From NCBI RefSeq assembly GCF_006345805.1, contig NC_042998.1, positions 175,398,001 to 175,462,000 of the forward strand: DNA of 64,000 nucleotides, in the 5' to 3' direction. The position numbers and the translations under genes were made by a program. This document shows positions 48,801 to 57,264 of this stretch, piece by piece (position 1 is the first letter of the stretch; each line of letters starts with the position of its first letter). The stretch is from Octopus sinensis (Eukaryota). Below the pieces are notes generated by a model. The model saw nothing but the letters and a program-made list of their open reading frames with translations, made no database searches and was not told the origin of the DNA.

Positions 48801-51800
48801 AGGACCATATCAATTTTCAACCCTAAGATGACCTCAATTGAGTTGACCTTTACAAACGAGTGTGATAAACCTATGAACAGTATAAAAATTGGGAATAAGG
48901 TATGTCTTTGACTTTCAAGTGGCTCTAGTGATGCTGCTATTACATGTATTACGTGTGTACTCTCACACATATAAATTATGAAATATACAAAGAACCACTA
49001 AAGTTTAAGACTAGCTATTGATACACACACACATATATAAACCAGGATTTGTGTAAATCTCCTGTGTTCAACACACTCTCATGAAGAGTTATTATTGTAT
49101 TATATAAAACTCCATTCAACTCATGCCAGCATGGAAAACGGAGGTTAAATGATGAGGATATAATTATATAATGTATTATATATGTTGAGTACCTGTTGTT
49201 ACTTCATTACTATGGTTTCATACCGGCATCGAGATTTTTGGCCACAGCACCTTGCACATTCACACTAGTTCTTCAACTTTTGTGAATCATTACTTAAGAT
49301 CACTAAATACCTGGATGTTAGTGTGAAACTATGGTATAGAAATAGCAACCAACACTAGATTCCTGTTTGTATGAGTGTAATGGGGTATCTAAAAAAAACA
49401 ATCTCAGTTTGTCTCTTTTGAAGATTTTGTCTTAGTGCACTAAGCCTGTGATGCTCATTTTTTACTATGAATTGCAGACTGCCAGAATGGAGGTCTGCAA
49501 AACTTCAGTTTTACAATGTCCTTTCAAACAGGAGGTATCATTCTGTATTACTTGTTTAAGTCTAGATTGTTAGATTTGGCCATTGGAGTTTACATTTTAT
49601 TTGGTCTCTTGATCACATACACAATAGAGTGTCAGTAACATCAACCTGGTGAAATGTGGTTAAATATATATTTCATCAATTGTGTTGTAGCTCTTTTCCT
49701 AACTTTCATGACCTTGTTGGTCCAGTTTAAGGAAAATAAAATTAATGAGAACAGAATTAACTCAGTTAAGATGCAGTTCAACTTTGTGCCACTGTATCAT
49801 GCAACTGTTTACTGATTTACAACCAATGATGTTGCTGCCATTTCTTTTGTCTTCAAATCATCCACTGGCTTTGTGCCTTTGAGGAACTGTGAAATAAAAG
49901 ATCTCTTGCTTGAAAAACAGGTAAGAGTAAGCAGTAAGAAGGGCATCTGGTTATAAAATCATGCCATAATAATATATTCATCTAACTCATGCTTGCATGA
50001 CAAAAATAGATGTAAAAAAAAAACTGATGACATTTATACATGTGTATATGTATTTGCATGAGTGATGCTACAAAAAAATCTACCTTGGGTGCATGATACA
50101 GTCCTCTTACCCATCAAACTCTATCAAAACTAATGACAGCATAGAAGCTGGGCATTAAATGATCATGACGATGTATTTGATTGAATATGTATATCACATT
50201 CTTTTCTTTAATTATGATTTAACAATGGCAAATCATTAATTGCTTCAAGACTGTCATTATTCTTTACGTTTACCTAGCTAAGTATAAATTTGTTTATTTT
50301 TACCTTTCTGACATTTTTCAGAAAACACCACCAGGCATGGAAATACACGATTTTCCAGAAATAAGTAAGTTGGCTACTTCCTTAAACTTTCTTCTTCTCA
50401 ACTCACATGAATTCATTACGCACTCACACATGTTTATGGTAGTTCTGTTACCTATTAGGATACAGTGGATAGCAGCCAAGCAAAGAGAAGCAACCCTTTA
50501 GGCCATTTTTAACTCTGCATTGGCCACTTTACCTTTATATAACTGTTATTGAACTATATTTTCCTAATGGTCCATTCACCTTCTCTGTTCTTCTGTTCTA
50601 TTTCTTCCTAATATTCACCTTCTTGTACCCTGAAGGTACACTCTGACACCTTATAATCACCATCTTTTTCTTTTTCAAGCCAGAGTAACCATGTATCTCC
50701 TCTACAGCAAGACACTTGTTCTTGTCTCTCTCTCATACTTTAACCTCTCATGTGAAGGGTCTTGTCTTGCAAGTTACTTGGTAATCTCACTAGTGCCAGT
50801 GCCATGAAAAGAAGCACCAAGTACACCCTGTGAAGTGTGGGCATTAGGAAGGGCATCTAACTATAGAATTATGCCAAAACAGACAGACAGCTTAGCCTTG
50901 TCCTTTGGTTTGTTGATTCCTGTCAAACCATTCAACCAATGCCAACATAGAAAATAAATGTTAAATGATGACAATGCTGATGAAATAGCTGTATTGTGCA
51001 CTTACATATTGTATTTGGTCACATAATTTAAAATAATGTAGTCAAATATAGTAACATATGCAGTAAACTGGTTGTTGTTGGTAACCCCTAGATCAGCCCT
51101 GATCAAGCAGATCTATGACTGAAAGACACACCACTCTTGACTGTCACATTTACTTTTGTTTTCCAGATGCAATGTATCTAGATATGTCCCACCCTTTTCC
51201 TACAACAAATCACATAATTTCTCCATTGGTTTGTTTTTTACCAGTTTCTGTTTTCGTTTATGCATTGAAATCCATGATTAAAACCTTTGCTTATATTTCT
51301 TCTCTTTTTCACAGCTACTCTTGCTCCAGGTGCCACCAGTTCAGTATTAATAGGAATTAACTTTAATGATACCACACAGCCGGCAGTGTTTGACATTATT
51401 GTTGATGATATGCAGAATTCTGTGAAAATAAGCGCTCCTGTTGGTGAGCTGCTGCAACCTTACACAATGAATGAGAAGGAATTTAAAGCACAGAAAAGTA
51501 AGCCATTCTTTCTCTTTTGCTTTATTATTACAAGGGTTTAAAGGTTACCTGCTGGATTACCATTGACAGATTAGGATATAGAAGGCGGCGAGCTGGCAGA
51601 AACTTTAGTACGCCGGGTGAAATGCTTAGTGGTATTTTGTCTGCCACTATGTTCTGAGTTCAAATTCCGCTGAGGTCGACTTTGCCTTTCATCCTTTTGG
51701 GGTCGATTAAATAAGTACCAGTTATGCACTGGGGTCGATATAATTGACTTAATCCATTTGTCTGTCCTTGTTTGTCCCCTCTGTGTTAGCCCTTTGTGGG

Positions 51801-52456
51801 CAATAAAAAAATAAGATTAGGATATAGAACTTGGGAGGTCATTTTTGAATTTAAAAAAATATTTTTCTTTTCAAATTATTGTTATATATGTTTCATAACT
51901 TTTCAATATTACTTTGATTTAATATTACTGTGATTATACCAGTTACTTTTTAATTATACAATTCCATAAGAATTTAGTGGATTATGAAGCAAACTCTGTA
52001 TTCACACAGCTGTGCCTGTGCCTATAATTATGTAAATAAATCATTGCATATTTAGATGTGTGAGAAGTTAAAGCAGTCATGCATCAATGATGTAAGTTTT
52101 AATGTTGTAATTTTGTTTTGCTTAAACTTATTTCTTTTCTCTCTCTCATTTTGTGGCTTGCAGGTAAATTAACTGGTATGACAGAAAACACTGGTCAGGT
52201 GGAGCTGGCCCATAACCATGGCACTGCTGAATCAATTTGTATGTGTATACATCAAACTGCCAATGTGCTACAGGTTCCATCCAGTGACAGCCAAATTTAT
52301 TATTTTGCGGGCAAAACACTTGCCACTCAGACTCTTCTGCTCATCACAGTCGAGAATCAGAATAGCGAGAATGCAAAAGTAACAGTAAACTGCGAGAAAA
52401 TGGTTATTGGTTCCATGATGACTAAAGACATACAACATTCATTAAAGAAATCATAA
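216..52456 (+). CDS. AP3B: AP-3 complex subunit beta (beta3-adaptin), 24 coding exons, 3249 nt, 1082 aa; span of spliced CDS
   Basis: The spliced translation gives recognisable beta3-adaptin segments: [137 protein letters not shown]. All 23 introns are GT-AG and exon phases join into one open frame. AP3B1 versus AP3B2 cannot be assigned because that split is vertebrate-specific. Confidence 0.97.
2619..3891 (+). mobile_element. Full-length inactive mariner (DD34D-type) transposon
   Basis: TA-flanked. TIRs TGAGGCTGGGCTGAAAAGTT / AACTTTTCAGCCAACTCTCA. 1273 bp. Disrupted transposase from ATG 2796 ([15 protein letters not shown]...), with a WVP motif, QDSVPAHKS and a degenerate YSPDLAPSDY motif ([13 protein letters not shown]). 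Confidence 0.92.
3894..4790 (-). mobile_element. Degenerate non-LTR retrotransposon, AP-endonuclease region (CR1/L2/Jockey-like)
   Basis: Minus-strand [14 protein letters not shown]...[11 protein letters not shown] matches the GDFN..H..W and LDL.LT motifs of LINE endonucleases. Confidence 0.75.
4986..5283 (+). mobile_element. tRNA-derived SINE with 10-bp TSD
   Basis: A box TGGCCTAGTGG and B box GGTTTGAATCT; TSD AAGGAGGGAA at 4976-4985 and 5284-5293. Confidence 0.85.
6226..6301 (+). CDS. AP3B: AP3B exon 2 ([25 protein letters not shown])
   Basis: ttgcag|A...GGG|gtatga, 76 nt. Confidence 0.95.
6930..7145 (+). mobile_element. SINE family A, 3' half
   Basis: Matches the 3' half of the copies at 7176 and 62094 (cttgacaacc..gtaacttag..gaataagtac..gaaacaa). 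Confidence 0.75.
7176..7572 (+). mobile_element. SINE family A, full length (GGAGTGGCTGTGTGGTAAG head, internal (TG)n)
   Basis: tRNA-like head, GGCACCTTGG.CAAGT central block and AAGAGTAA tail; near-identical copy at 62094. Confidence 0.88.
8779..8853 (+). CDS. AP3B: AP3B exon 3 ([25 protein letters not shown])
   Basis: tttcag|ATG...GAG|gtgagt, 75 nt. Confidence 0.96.
10560..10742 (+). mobile_element. SINE family B, degenerate 3' part
   Basis: ggttggcatt..cagctgtagaaacc..cccatgccagcatggaa..ttaaatgatgat tail. Confidence 0.65.
12199..12402 (+). mobile_element. Short repeat inserted in (TA)n, carrying a hammerhead-like motif at 12276-12311
   Basis: Flanked by (TA)n on both sides; contains cttt-CTGTAGA-A-GAGC-gtag-GCTC-GAAA-CA-TA-aaag. 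Confidence 0.6.
12718..13090 (-). mobile_element. SINE family B with internal tandem units and 8-bp TSD
   Basis: (CAT)n tail on the + strand; TSD AAAGTAGT at 12710-12717 and 13091-13098; repeated TTTTATGTGCCACC units. Confidence 0.88.
14050..14346 (+). mobile_element. Non-autonomous Helitron, 297 bp
   Basis: A|TCTTTATATATAAA 5' end; 3' hairpin CCCGAGCAACGCTGGG then CTAG|T; removing it rejoins Tigger-like codons GAT CCT AA|T CAT GAA. Confidence 0.85.
14958..15053 (+). CDS. AP3B: AP3B exon 4 ([32 protein letters not shown])
   Basis: ttcaag|GTG...AAG|gtaaaa, 96 nt. Confidence 0.96.
15366..15583. mobile_element. Tigger-like MITE
   Basis: TA|CAGTAATCCCTCG left end; right end CCCGCGATAGTCGATGGGATT is a partial inverted copy. 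Confidence 0.65.
15640..15950 (-). mobile_element. Degenerate LINE C-terminal remnant
   Basis: Minus-strand [17 protein letters not shown] resembles the LQPL.HRR..SL.LFY.YY.G motif downstream of RT. Confidence 0.5.
16216..16376 (+). CDS. AP3B: AP3B exon 5 ([19 protein letters not shown]...[14 protein letters not shown])
   Basis: tttcag|GAC...AG|gtgagc, 161 nt. Confidence 0.96.
16568..16634 (+). CDS. AP3B: AP3B exon 6 ([22 protein letters not shown])
   Basis: taacag|T...ACA|gtgagt, 67 nt. Confidence 0.95.
16835..17017 (+). CDS. AP3B: AP3B exon 7 ([29 protein letters not shown]...TQFTNPNQT)
   Basis: tttcag|CTT...ACT|gtaagt, 183 nt. Confidence 0.96.
17560..17840 (-). mobile_element. SINE family B
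   Basis: catcatcgtttaatgtctgctttccatgctggcatgggttggacgg; high similarity to the 12718 copy. Confidence 0.87.
17992..18150 (+). CDS. AP3B: AP3B exon 8 ([13 protein letters not shown]...[22 protein letters not shown])
   Basis: gaccag|GAA...GCG|gtaggt, 159 nt. Confidence 0.93.
19046..19143 (+). CDS. AP3B: AP3B exon 9 ([32 protein letters not shown])
   Basis: caacag|GTT...AA|gtaaga, 98 nt. Confidence 0.95.
19951..20005 (+). CDS. AP3B: AP3B exon 10 ([18 protein letters not shown])
   Basis: tttcag|A...AAG|gtaaaa, 55 nt. Confidence 0.95.
21179..21250 (+). CDS. AP3B: AP3B exon 11 ([24 protein letters not shown])
   Basis: caacag|GGA...AAG|gtaaga, 72 nt. Confidence 0.96.
22474..22536 (+). CDS. AP3B: AP3B exon 12 ([21 protein letters not shown])
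   Basis: ttgcag|CTA...CAG|gtaaag, 63 nt. Confidence 0.96.
23582..23974. repeat. Fold-back element with long inverted arms, an internally duplicated centre and hammerhead-like motifs
   Basis: Left arm ttttgaatggcacaacaatgcactataataa..ggtgtaatttaatcatccatagtctgatat is the reverse complement of the right arm; two ccctagg..ccctaggg symmetry centres (about 23706 and 23830); half-copy at 34280-34412. Confidence 0.88.
24747..24879 (+). CDS. AP3B: AP3B exon 13 ([22 protein letters not shown]...[13 protein letters not shown])
   Basis: ttgtag|ACC...G|gtaaat, 133 nt. Confidence 0.96.
25343..25395 (+). CDS. AP3B: AP3B exon 14 ([18 protein letters not shown])
   Basis: ttgcag|AA...CAG|gtaagc, 53 nt. Confidence 0.95.
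29253..29440 (+). mobile_element. SINE family C, degenerate (other decayed copies near 21.6, 28.3, 29.1, 43.2 and 61.4 kb)
   Basis: gttctgagttcaaat..gtcgacttcgtctttcatcctttc matches the 51584 copy. Confidence 0.7.
29700..29900 (+). mobile_element. SINE family B, degenerate 3' part
   Basis: aaagcacccagtacacactgtaaagtggttggcatt..ggacattaaatgatgat. Confidence 0.6.
30565..30710 (+). mobile_element. SINE family A, 5' half
   Basis: ggagtggccgtgtggtaagtagcttgcttacc..ggtagacggaaactgaaag. Confidence 0.82.
31577..31944 (-). mobile_element. Non-autonomous Helitron, 368 bp
   Basis: Minus strand reads A|TCTCTATATATATAAA at the 5' end and ACCCGGCGTTGCCAGGT hairpin then CTAG|T at the 3' end. Confidence 0.82.
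34280..34412 (+). repeat. Single arm of the 23.6-kb fold-back family
   Basis: cctagggatatctgaggaaggaat..ctatggatggttaaattaca..tatagtgcattgttgtaccattcaaa aligns to 23838-23965. Confidence 0.8.
35520..35930 (-). mobile_element. Degenerate LINE reverse-transcriptase remnant
   Basis: Minus-strand [17 protein letters not shown] (D.SKAFD.V.H..LL.KL) and [24 protein letters not shown] (decayed GVPQGS.LSP.LF...ND...YADD). Confidence 0.7.
36865..37228 (+). mobile_element. SINE family A, diverged
   Basis: tggcaccttgagcaagt..gaccaaagc..tggatttggtagac..gaataagtacc. Confidence 0.78.
37765..38010. repeat. Short element with 15-17-bp subterminal tandem repeats (GAACACTCTTCACGCC), partly inverted at the left end
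   Basis: About 5 copies at 37874-37956 followed by decayed 15-mers; agttcactg units at 37772-37794 in the opposite orientation. Confidence 0.65.
38580..38943 (+). mobile_element. tRNA-derived SINE, well preserved, with 10-bp TSD
   Basis: A box TGGCTCAGTGG, B box GCTCGAATCC, central gtgttcttgagcaagacact block; TSD TACTATCATG at 38570-38579 and 38944-38953; many intact CpGs. Confidence 0.9.
39620..39787 (+). CDS. AP3B: AP3B exon 15 ([13 protein letters not shown]...[12 protein letters not shown]...KGFTGE)
   Basis: tttcag|CCC...GAG|gtaatt, 168 nt. Confidence 0.96.
39888..40100 (-). mobile_element. SINE family B, 5'-truncated
   Basis: Same tail as the 12718 copy; possible TSD CACACAT at 39881-39887 and 40101-40107. 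Confidence 0.87.
40895..41150 (+). CDS. AP3B: AP3B exon 16 ([14 protein letters not shown]...[10 protein letters not shown]...[10 protein letters not shown])
   Basis: ttgcag|GAA...AAAG|gtatat, 256 nt. Confidence 0.96.
42293..42511 (+). CDS. AP3B: AP3B exon 17 ([15 protein letters not shown]...[10 protein letters not shown])
   Basis: ttctag|AT...G|gtaaat, 219 nt. Confidence 0.95.
43512..43786 (+). CDS. AP3B: AP3B exon 18, Ser/Asp/Glu-rich hinge
   Basis: tttcag|AG...AAG|gtaaga, 275 nt; acidic low-complexity linker characteristic of beta3 adaptins. Confidence 0.92.
44794..44872 (+). CDS. AP3B: AP3B exon 19 ([26 protein letters not shown]) with clathrin box LLDLD at 44854-44868
   Basis: acccag|TCA...T|gtgagt, 79 nt; absent from the ORF track; LLDLD is the established beta3 clathrin box. 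Confidence 0.93.
46590..46934. mobile_element. Asymmetric fold-back retroelement-like insertion with 13-bp TSD and hammerhead-like motifs
   Basis: Arms 46625-46799 and 46801-46935 are reverse complements; TSD TTCATAATGATTT at 46577-46589 and 46935-46947; CTGATGA-A-GGCTG..CAGCC in the right arm. Confidence 0.85.
47372..47499 (+). CDS. AP3B: AP3B exon 20 ([12 protein letters not shown]...SENSPANY)
   Basis: tttcag|TG...TAT|gttagt, 128 nt; phase 1 to 0 exactly bridges exons 19 and 21; poorly conserved linker. Confidence 0.82.
47972..48272 (-). mobile_element. SINE family A, diverged
   Basis: Reverse complement of family A (cagtttccatctac..tacttgcccaag..gggactgaac). Confidence 0.7.
48711..48899 (+). 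CDS. AP3B: AP3B exon 21 ([31 protein letters not shown]...IKIGNK)
   Basis: ttttag|ACA...AAG|gtatgt, 189 nt; start of the beta3 ear domain. Confidence 0.93.
50322..50364 (+). CDS. AP3B: AP3B exon 22 ([14 protein letters not shown])
   Basis: tttcag|AAA...ATAA|gtaagt, 43 nt. Confidence 0.92.
50640..50985 (+). mobile_element. SINE family B-related, diverged
   Basis: gcattaggaagggcatct..caaccaatgccaacatagaaa..gttaaatgatga. Confidence 0.6.
51315..51497 (+). CDS. AP3B: AP3B exon 23 ([23 protein letters not shown]...APVGELLQP...KAQK)
   Basis: tcacag|CT...AAAA|gtaagc, 183 nt. Confidence 0.95.
51584..51813 (+). mobile_element. SINE family C, full length, with perfect 16-bp TSD
   Basis: GGCGGCGAGCTGGCAGAA head, GAGTTCAAATTCC B box, A-rich tail; TSD AGATTAGGATATAGAA at 51568-51583 and 51814-51829. 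Confidence 0.92.
52164..52456 (+). CDS. AP3B: AP3B exon 24, coding part (KLTGMTEN...[23 protein letters not shown])
   Basis: ttgcag|GT..., stop TAA at 52454-52456. Confidence 0.95.
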
Positions 52457-53341
52457 TGATAGGCTTCGGAATGTAGTTACCCCACTATCCTTTGTTTGCC
52501 TTTTTTTTTTTAATTGTTGCTTTGTTTGTTTTATTTTTGTTCTTCCTGTCTCATATTATATGTTTATTATTGTTGTTGTTATTGTTTTTATAACTTCTCC
52601 TTCCCCACAAAGTAGAAACAAATTGATTTATTAAATAAGTTTAAACAAAGGGATATGTTAAATTTAACAAAAAAGAAAGTATGTTTTAGGTTGGTTGGTT
52701 GGTCGGTCGGTCGGTTGGTTTTTGTTATATTTTATAAAAATTAAATTTGGTAAAAAAAAAAACAAACACTTCCTATTCATTGTTTTATTTTATTAATTAA
52801 AAAAAAACTTGGTTTATTAATCCCTCTATTACTGTCAATTAGAGGATAAGATGAGAATGAGTTTTTGATATCATTAATCTACACAAAATCATCACAAATG
52901 CAAAGGATTAATTATTGAATTGTGCATGTAAGTGTGAATGTATGTCTCTGTATGCTTTTGCATTTGTGCGTGTATGTGTGTATACACACACACACATTCT
53001 CACATACATATATATATATATACACACACACATATACATTTATGTCTACATACATAAACACACACACACATACACGTACACAGTTTTCACTTTTCCATCC
53101 AATCATGTCTACATCTTTGTTATGTTTAACAGAACAGATTTTCTTTGTTTTGTTCTGTTCCTGCCAATTTCACTCATTTCTTCAGCTGATGTTTATTAAC
53201 TTGTTATAACTTATCATTATTAGGTTGAATATAAGTTGAATGGAACATTCCACATCTAAACAAAGTCTAACTTTTCCAAGATATTTGGAATGTTTTGGCA
53301 TAAAAAAAATACCTCTTCTCTCTGTTTTTATCAAAATACTT

Positions 53342-53343
<2 letters not shown>

Positions 53344-53408
<65 letters not shown>

Positions 53409-53470
53409 ATATATTTATTTATATACATACACACACACACACACACACATACATGCATATATATATATAT
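53344..53470. repeat. (TA)n/(CA)n compound microsatellite in the putative 3' UTR
   Basis: About 26 uninterrupted TA units, then interrupted TA and (CA)n. Confidence 0.95.
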
Positions 53471-54399
53471 AAAGTTTTTCTCTTAAATTTGGTAACTGAC
53501 AATGATTAATCTTTTATTTATTTATAAAGGAACTTACAAAGATTTTGTGATTGCACTGGCTATTTTTTTTCTGGAAGATTCCCTCTTTTTTTTTTTATTC
53601 ACTACGTGACCTTTTAGTTCTTCACATTGTCACTGTACGTAAAAATACCAAGGATATATATTGGCTTACATGATGGATGACAAACCCAGCTGTATAAACC
53701 TTGCTTCTAATCAAACATGATCAAAGTTTCTAAATCTCTGTCTCTCTTTCTCTCTCTCTGTCTATCTATCTCTCCATGAATAGCATTATTCTCCTTCACA
53801 CCACTACTGTGCACATTCTGGTTCTGTGATGACTAGCCGAAGGAACCTGTCTAAACTATGCCAAAAAAAAATAATAACTTTAAAAAATGGGCACTAAAAA
53901 TGATGATTCATTGCTACACAAATCTACTGTTGTATTTTTTTTTTTTCAAATCTAATTTTTATTTTATTCAACACATATCAAAGTACGTAAGCCAGTAAAA
54001 ACTTTAATGCTATTTCGTAAAGAATCTTTCTTCACTCCTCTTTGTTCTCTGATATTTCCTTCATATCCTCTTCAAGTGTTCAGTCATCAAACAGAAAATA
54101 TTTTTACAGAACAATATTTGGAAGGAAAAAGAAAAAAAAACTACAAAATAAAGTTTTCTTTCTCTTTGAGATATTTCGATTGTTTTTTTTTTTTCATTAT
54201 TGTTTTATAACATAACTGGTTGTCTGATATCTCTATCCATGTGAACAACCAAGCTAAGAGATTTGTGGTTTGTATCCTATCGCATCAGTACTACATCGTG
54301 TGCATGGTCAGAATGTTTCTCTCTGAAGTGGTGTGGTACACTTAGCTGTATATAGATAGCAACAAGGCAGAAATAACTTAGCTTTGTCCAAATACCTGC

Positions 54400-54425
54400 A
54401 ATAAAGGCCAACTGTTGGTATTAAA
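54400..54425 (+). terminator. Candidate AP3B polyadenylation signal(s)
   Basis: AATAAA at 54400-54405 and ATTAAA at 54420-54425, ending about 1.9 kb of largely TE-free UTR-like sequence; other AATAAA hexamers lie upstream (e.g. about 54147). Confidence 0.4.
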
Positions 54426-55349
54426 ACTAGTTGACAATTTAATTTTACTAGCCAAGAACAGATATTTTTTTAAGAATATACAAATAGCACCTAAGGAATT
54501 GTTTATTATGTTCCTTTATTATAAAATCAGAAGGAATAATCAAATGAATGCAATGGAAAGCCTCTGTCTATGAGAAAGAGACCCACAGACAAGTATAGAT
54601 CAAAATTCCTTATCCAAATCAAAGATCCTGAAAACTTTGAATCAAACTTCAACAAGCTGATAAAACAGCTGAGATTTCAACACAGCACCATCTCCTTCCA
54701 AAGCACATTGAATAGCTATATGAAACCTTTCAAACAATCCCACAATGCCCATATACTTGCAGGCAAAACAAAAAAAAATACATATGACTATCACCACATG
54801 ATGATAATAAGGACTTTAAATTCCTGACAAACAACTAAAACATCAAAAAAGTTTTTAAATCCTATTGCAGCCCACGGCATTACCACAGAAATGAAGGAAG
54901 TAACTTCCTGACCACAAAACTTATTTCCTCTTTTCTGGGAATAGAATGTAAGCATAAAGCATATTCTTGATGCTACTAACTTCAAAATTAGGAGTACTAT
55001 GAGACTAAGAACAAAGCTGCAGTATTATCCTCAAGTGGTTTCATGGCATTGAAAATGTACCATTCCAAAGATCTGATATTGTGGAATTTATGTATCTATT
55101 ATCTCTAAATCTTTCTCCTGAAAACATAGGATCTTAAGAGAGAATTCATTATAATTAGTAATGTTGGTACCAAAATAATAATGAATGCCAAGAAGTCACT
55201 TTGTACCAGTCTTATGAGAAAGTACAACATTCTCTGTTGCTTCAGACGACAGTGATGAAATCAATCTCATACAATATGACTGGCCCCACCATGGATGAAT
55301 TTAGAAAGATTTTAATAGTATTTAAGTTTAAATTAAAGATAACCATTTA

Positions 55350-56177
55350 ACTGAAACACATATGGCCTTCCATTGCATACACTGTCTATCAAGGGATTAA
55401 CAATTATTTCCAGGACCTCAATGTAGGTGGCGGAGCTCTAAGGCCTTGTGGAAAGAAGTATGGTGGCATCACATGTCCTTCATTGCTGACAACCCCTAAA
55501 ACCATGACAGTTGCAGGAAATTTTGTATGCATAACTCTTGGAACTTTAGAAGGGTCTGCACATAATCATCTGTCATTTCTTCTGTTAACTTTTTGATCTT
55601 GGTTAAAGTTTTTCTTGTTTGAGGTAAACCAAATCAAATCTTTTGCTGGATTTTTCAGTTTGTTTAGGAGCCTTTTAGATCTGATGCAGTGATTTTCTTT
55701 TGCTTTTTCTGACAAAGTGACATTTCTTCATCATATAAGACTTGTATCTGATGTCTTTGTGGACAACATTTCTGACTGTTCCTTCTGACACATGGAGATC
55801 TTTTGCAATTGACTTCATGAACTTTCTGAGATTGTAATCAATGGCCTGTTGAACTTGCTGGATAAATTCAGGTGTTCTGATGATTTCAGAGCATTTAGAA
55901 TGCTTTTTATGCTTTGATACTGGTGATACATTCCCATCTTCAGTCTCTAACTCCTTACAAACTTTGTAAATGAAGGATCTGGCAACTTTAAAAAATCAAG
56001 ATATTTCTAAATTGCGATGCTCAGGATTTATAACCACAATAACAACATGCCTCTTCATTTCTTGAGTAAGCTGAGCGTCTGCCATTATTATTTTCTGAAG
56101 CAAAGATTATACAGAGTTAGCAAAAAATGCAGCAATGACCCCAAAAAGGTATTTCCTCAAAAACCTTATGCACCTTG
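55350..56177 (-). mobile_element. Truncated Tc1/mariner transposon, DD37D (maT/Bmmar1)-like
   Basis: TA|CAAGGTG end. Minus-strand MADAQLTQEMKRH..SIAKDLHVSEGTVRNVVHKDIRYKSY..IWFTSNKKNF..RRNDR..TKFPATVMVLGVVSNEGHVMPP.FF..RPYVFQ, with stops and frameshifts, truncated before the second and third catalytic Asp. Subfamily is inferred from motifs. Confidence 0.85.
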
Positions 56178-56612
56178 TATATTGCATCTTGGATTACAAG
56201 TGGTTAATATTTGTCTAACATGTTTATTGGTAAAAATAGGCTAGTGATTTAAAATTAAAACTCATGCTGATCTAGTGATCAGGAAATCAATCCATGTGCT
56301 TCTAAGGAATTTAGCAAGTATTCCCTGTTTATTGGAGATCAAACAGAAAATCTTGGTTTGCAAAGTCTTTGTTTTGAAGACTGGTTCAAGCCTTGCCTGA
56401 TGTATATAAATTTTATTTAAAAACTGAATTTTTGACAGTGATCTGGATCATCCAACTTGTGTCAAAATGTTGTTGTATTTTTTCTCCTGAATAATACTAA
56501 CATATTGTTGCATCCAATGCAAATTAGAGGATGATAGCAACAGTTAAGGACAACTAATTGCTTACCCCCCCCCCCCCCCCCGAAGAAAATGCAATTAATG
56601 TTATAACTTCAA

Positions 56613-56829
56613 TACTTTTAGCATTTAAACCATCCACATCCAGCCCAAATATTCTACCTGTTTTATATTCAAATTTGCCAGATATGGCCTCCCACCTCAA
56701 TGACACTACATTGTCGTTTTAAAACTAAATAACCAAATCATCAAAGCTAGAAGATTATGCATGATTAATTTTTAAAAAATGTGAATAAATAAGCATTATA
56801 TGTGAGAGAGTAATCTGAATGCTAAAGGG
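56613..56829. mobile_element. piggyBac-like MITE
   Basis: Right end AATGCTAAAGGG|TTAA; degenerate left end actTTTAGCATT. Confidence 0.6.
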
Positions 56830-57010
56830 TTAATGTTACCAAAAAATATTCTTGAAACATTTGATGAGGTAATGGCCAGTATTATGAGAGCTGTATGTAA
56901 AATATAAAATACTTCACTGTACAAATAATTAAGGTGGATTTAAGGCTGAAGTTACAGAGGCAGGTGTGTAAACCACTCAATTTGATTAACACTGATAATG
57001 TCTACAGACT

Positions 57011-57264
57011 GAGCGGTGGTATGTAAAAAGAACCATCTGAAGGTGGTCGATGCCAGTATTGCCTGACTGGCTCCCATGCCGGTGGCATGTAAAAAGTACC
57101 CACTACACTCTTGGAGTGGTTGGCGTTAGGAAGGGCATCCAGCTGTAGAAACCTTGCCAGCTCAGATTGGAGCCTGGTGCAGGCTATTGGCTTGCCAGTC
57201 CTCAGTCAAACGGTCCAACCCATGCCAGCATGGAAAACAGACGTTAAACGATGATGATGATGAT
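57011..57264 (+). mobile_element. SINE family B
   Basis: ggcgttaggaagggcatccagctgtagaaac..gacgttaaacgatgatgat. Confidence 0.87.

Noticed and set aside
52915-53509. Several 60-95 aa ORFs in the 3' UTR, and similar YIYI/HTHT ORFs elsewhere
   Set aside because: Stop-free frames produced by (TA)n/(CA)n microsatellites.
54560-55340. Possible second gene or RTE remnant downstream of AP3B
   Set aside because: Only a faint resemblance to decayed LINE RT (AAHGI..E); no consistent frame or splice structure, too weak to call.
56565-56581. C17 homopolymer as a G-quadruplex regulatory site
   Set aside because: Isolated intergenic homopolymer among TE debris; its length is unreliable in assemblies.
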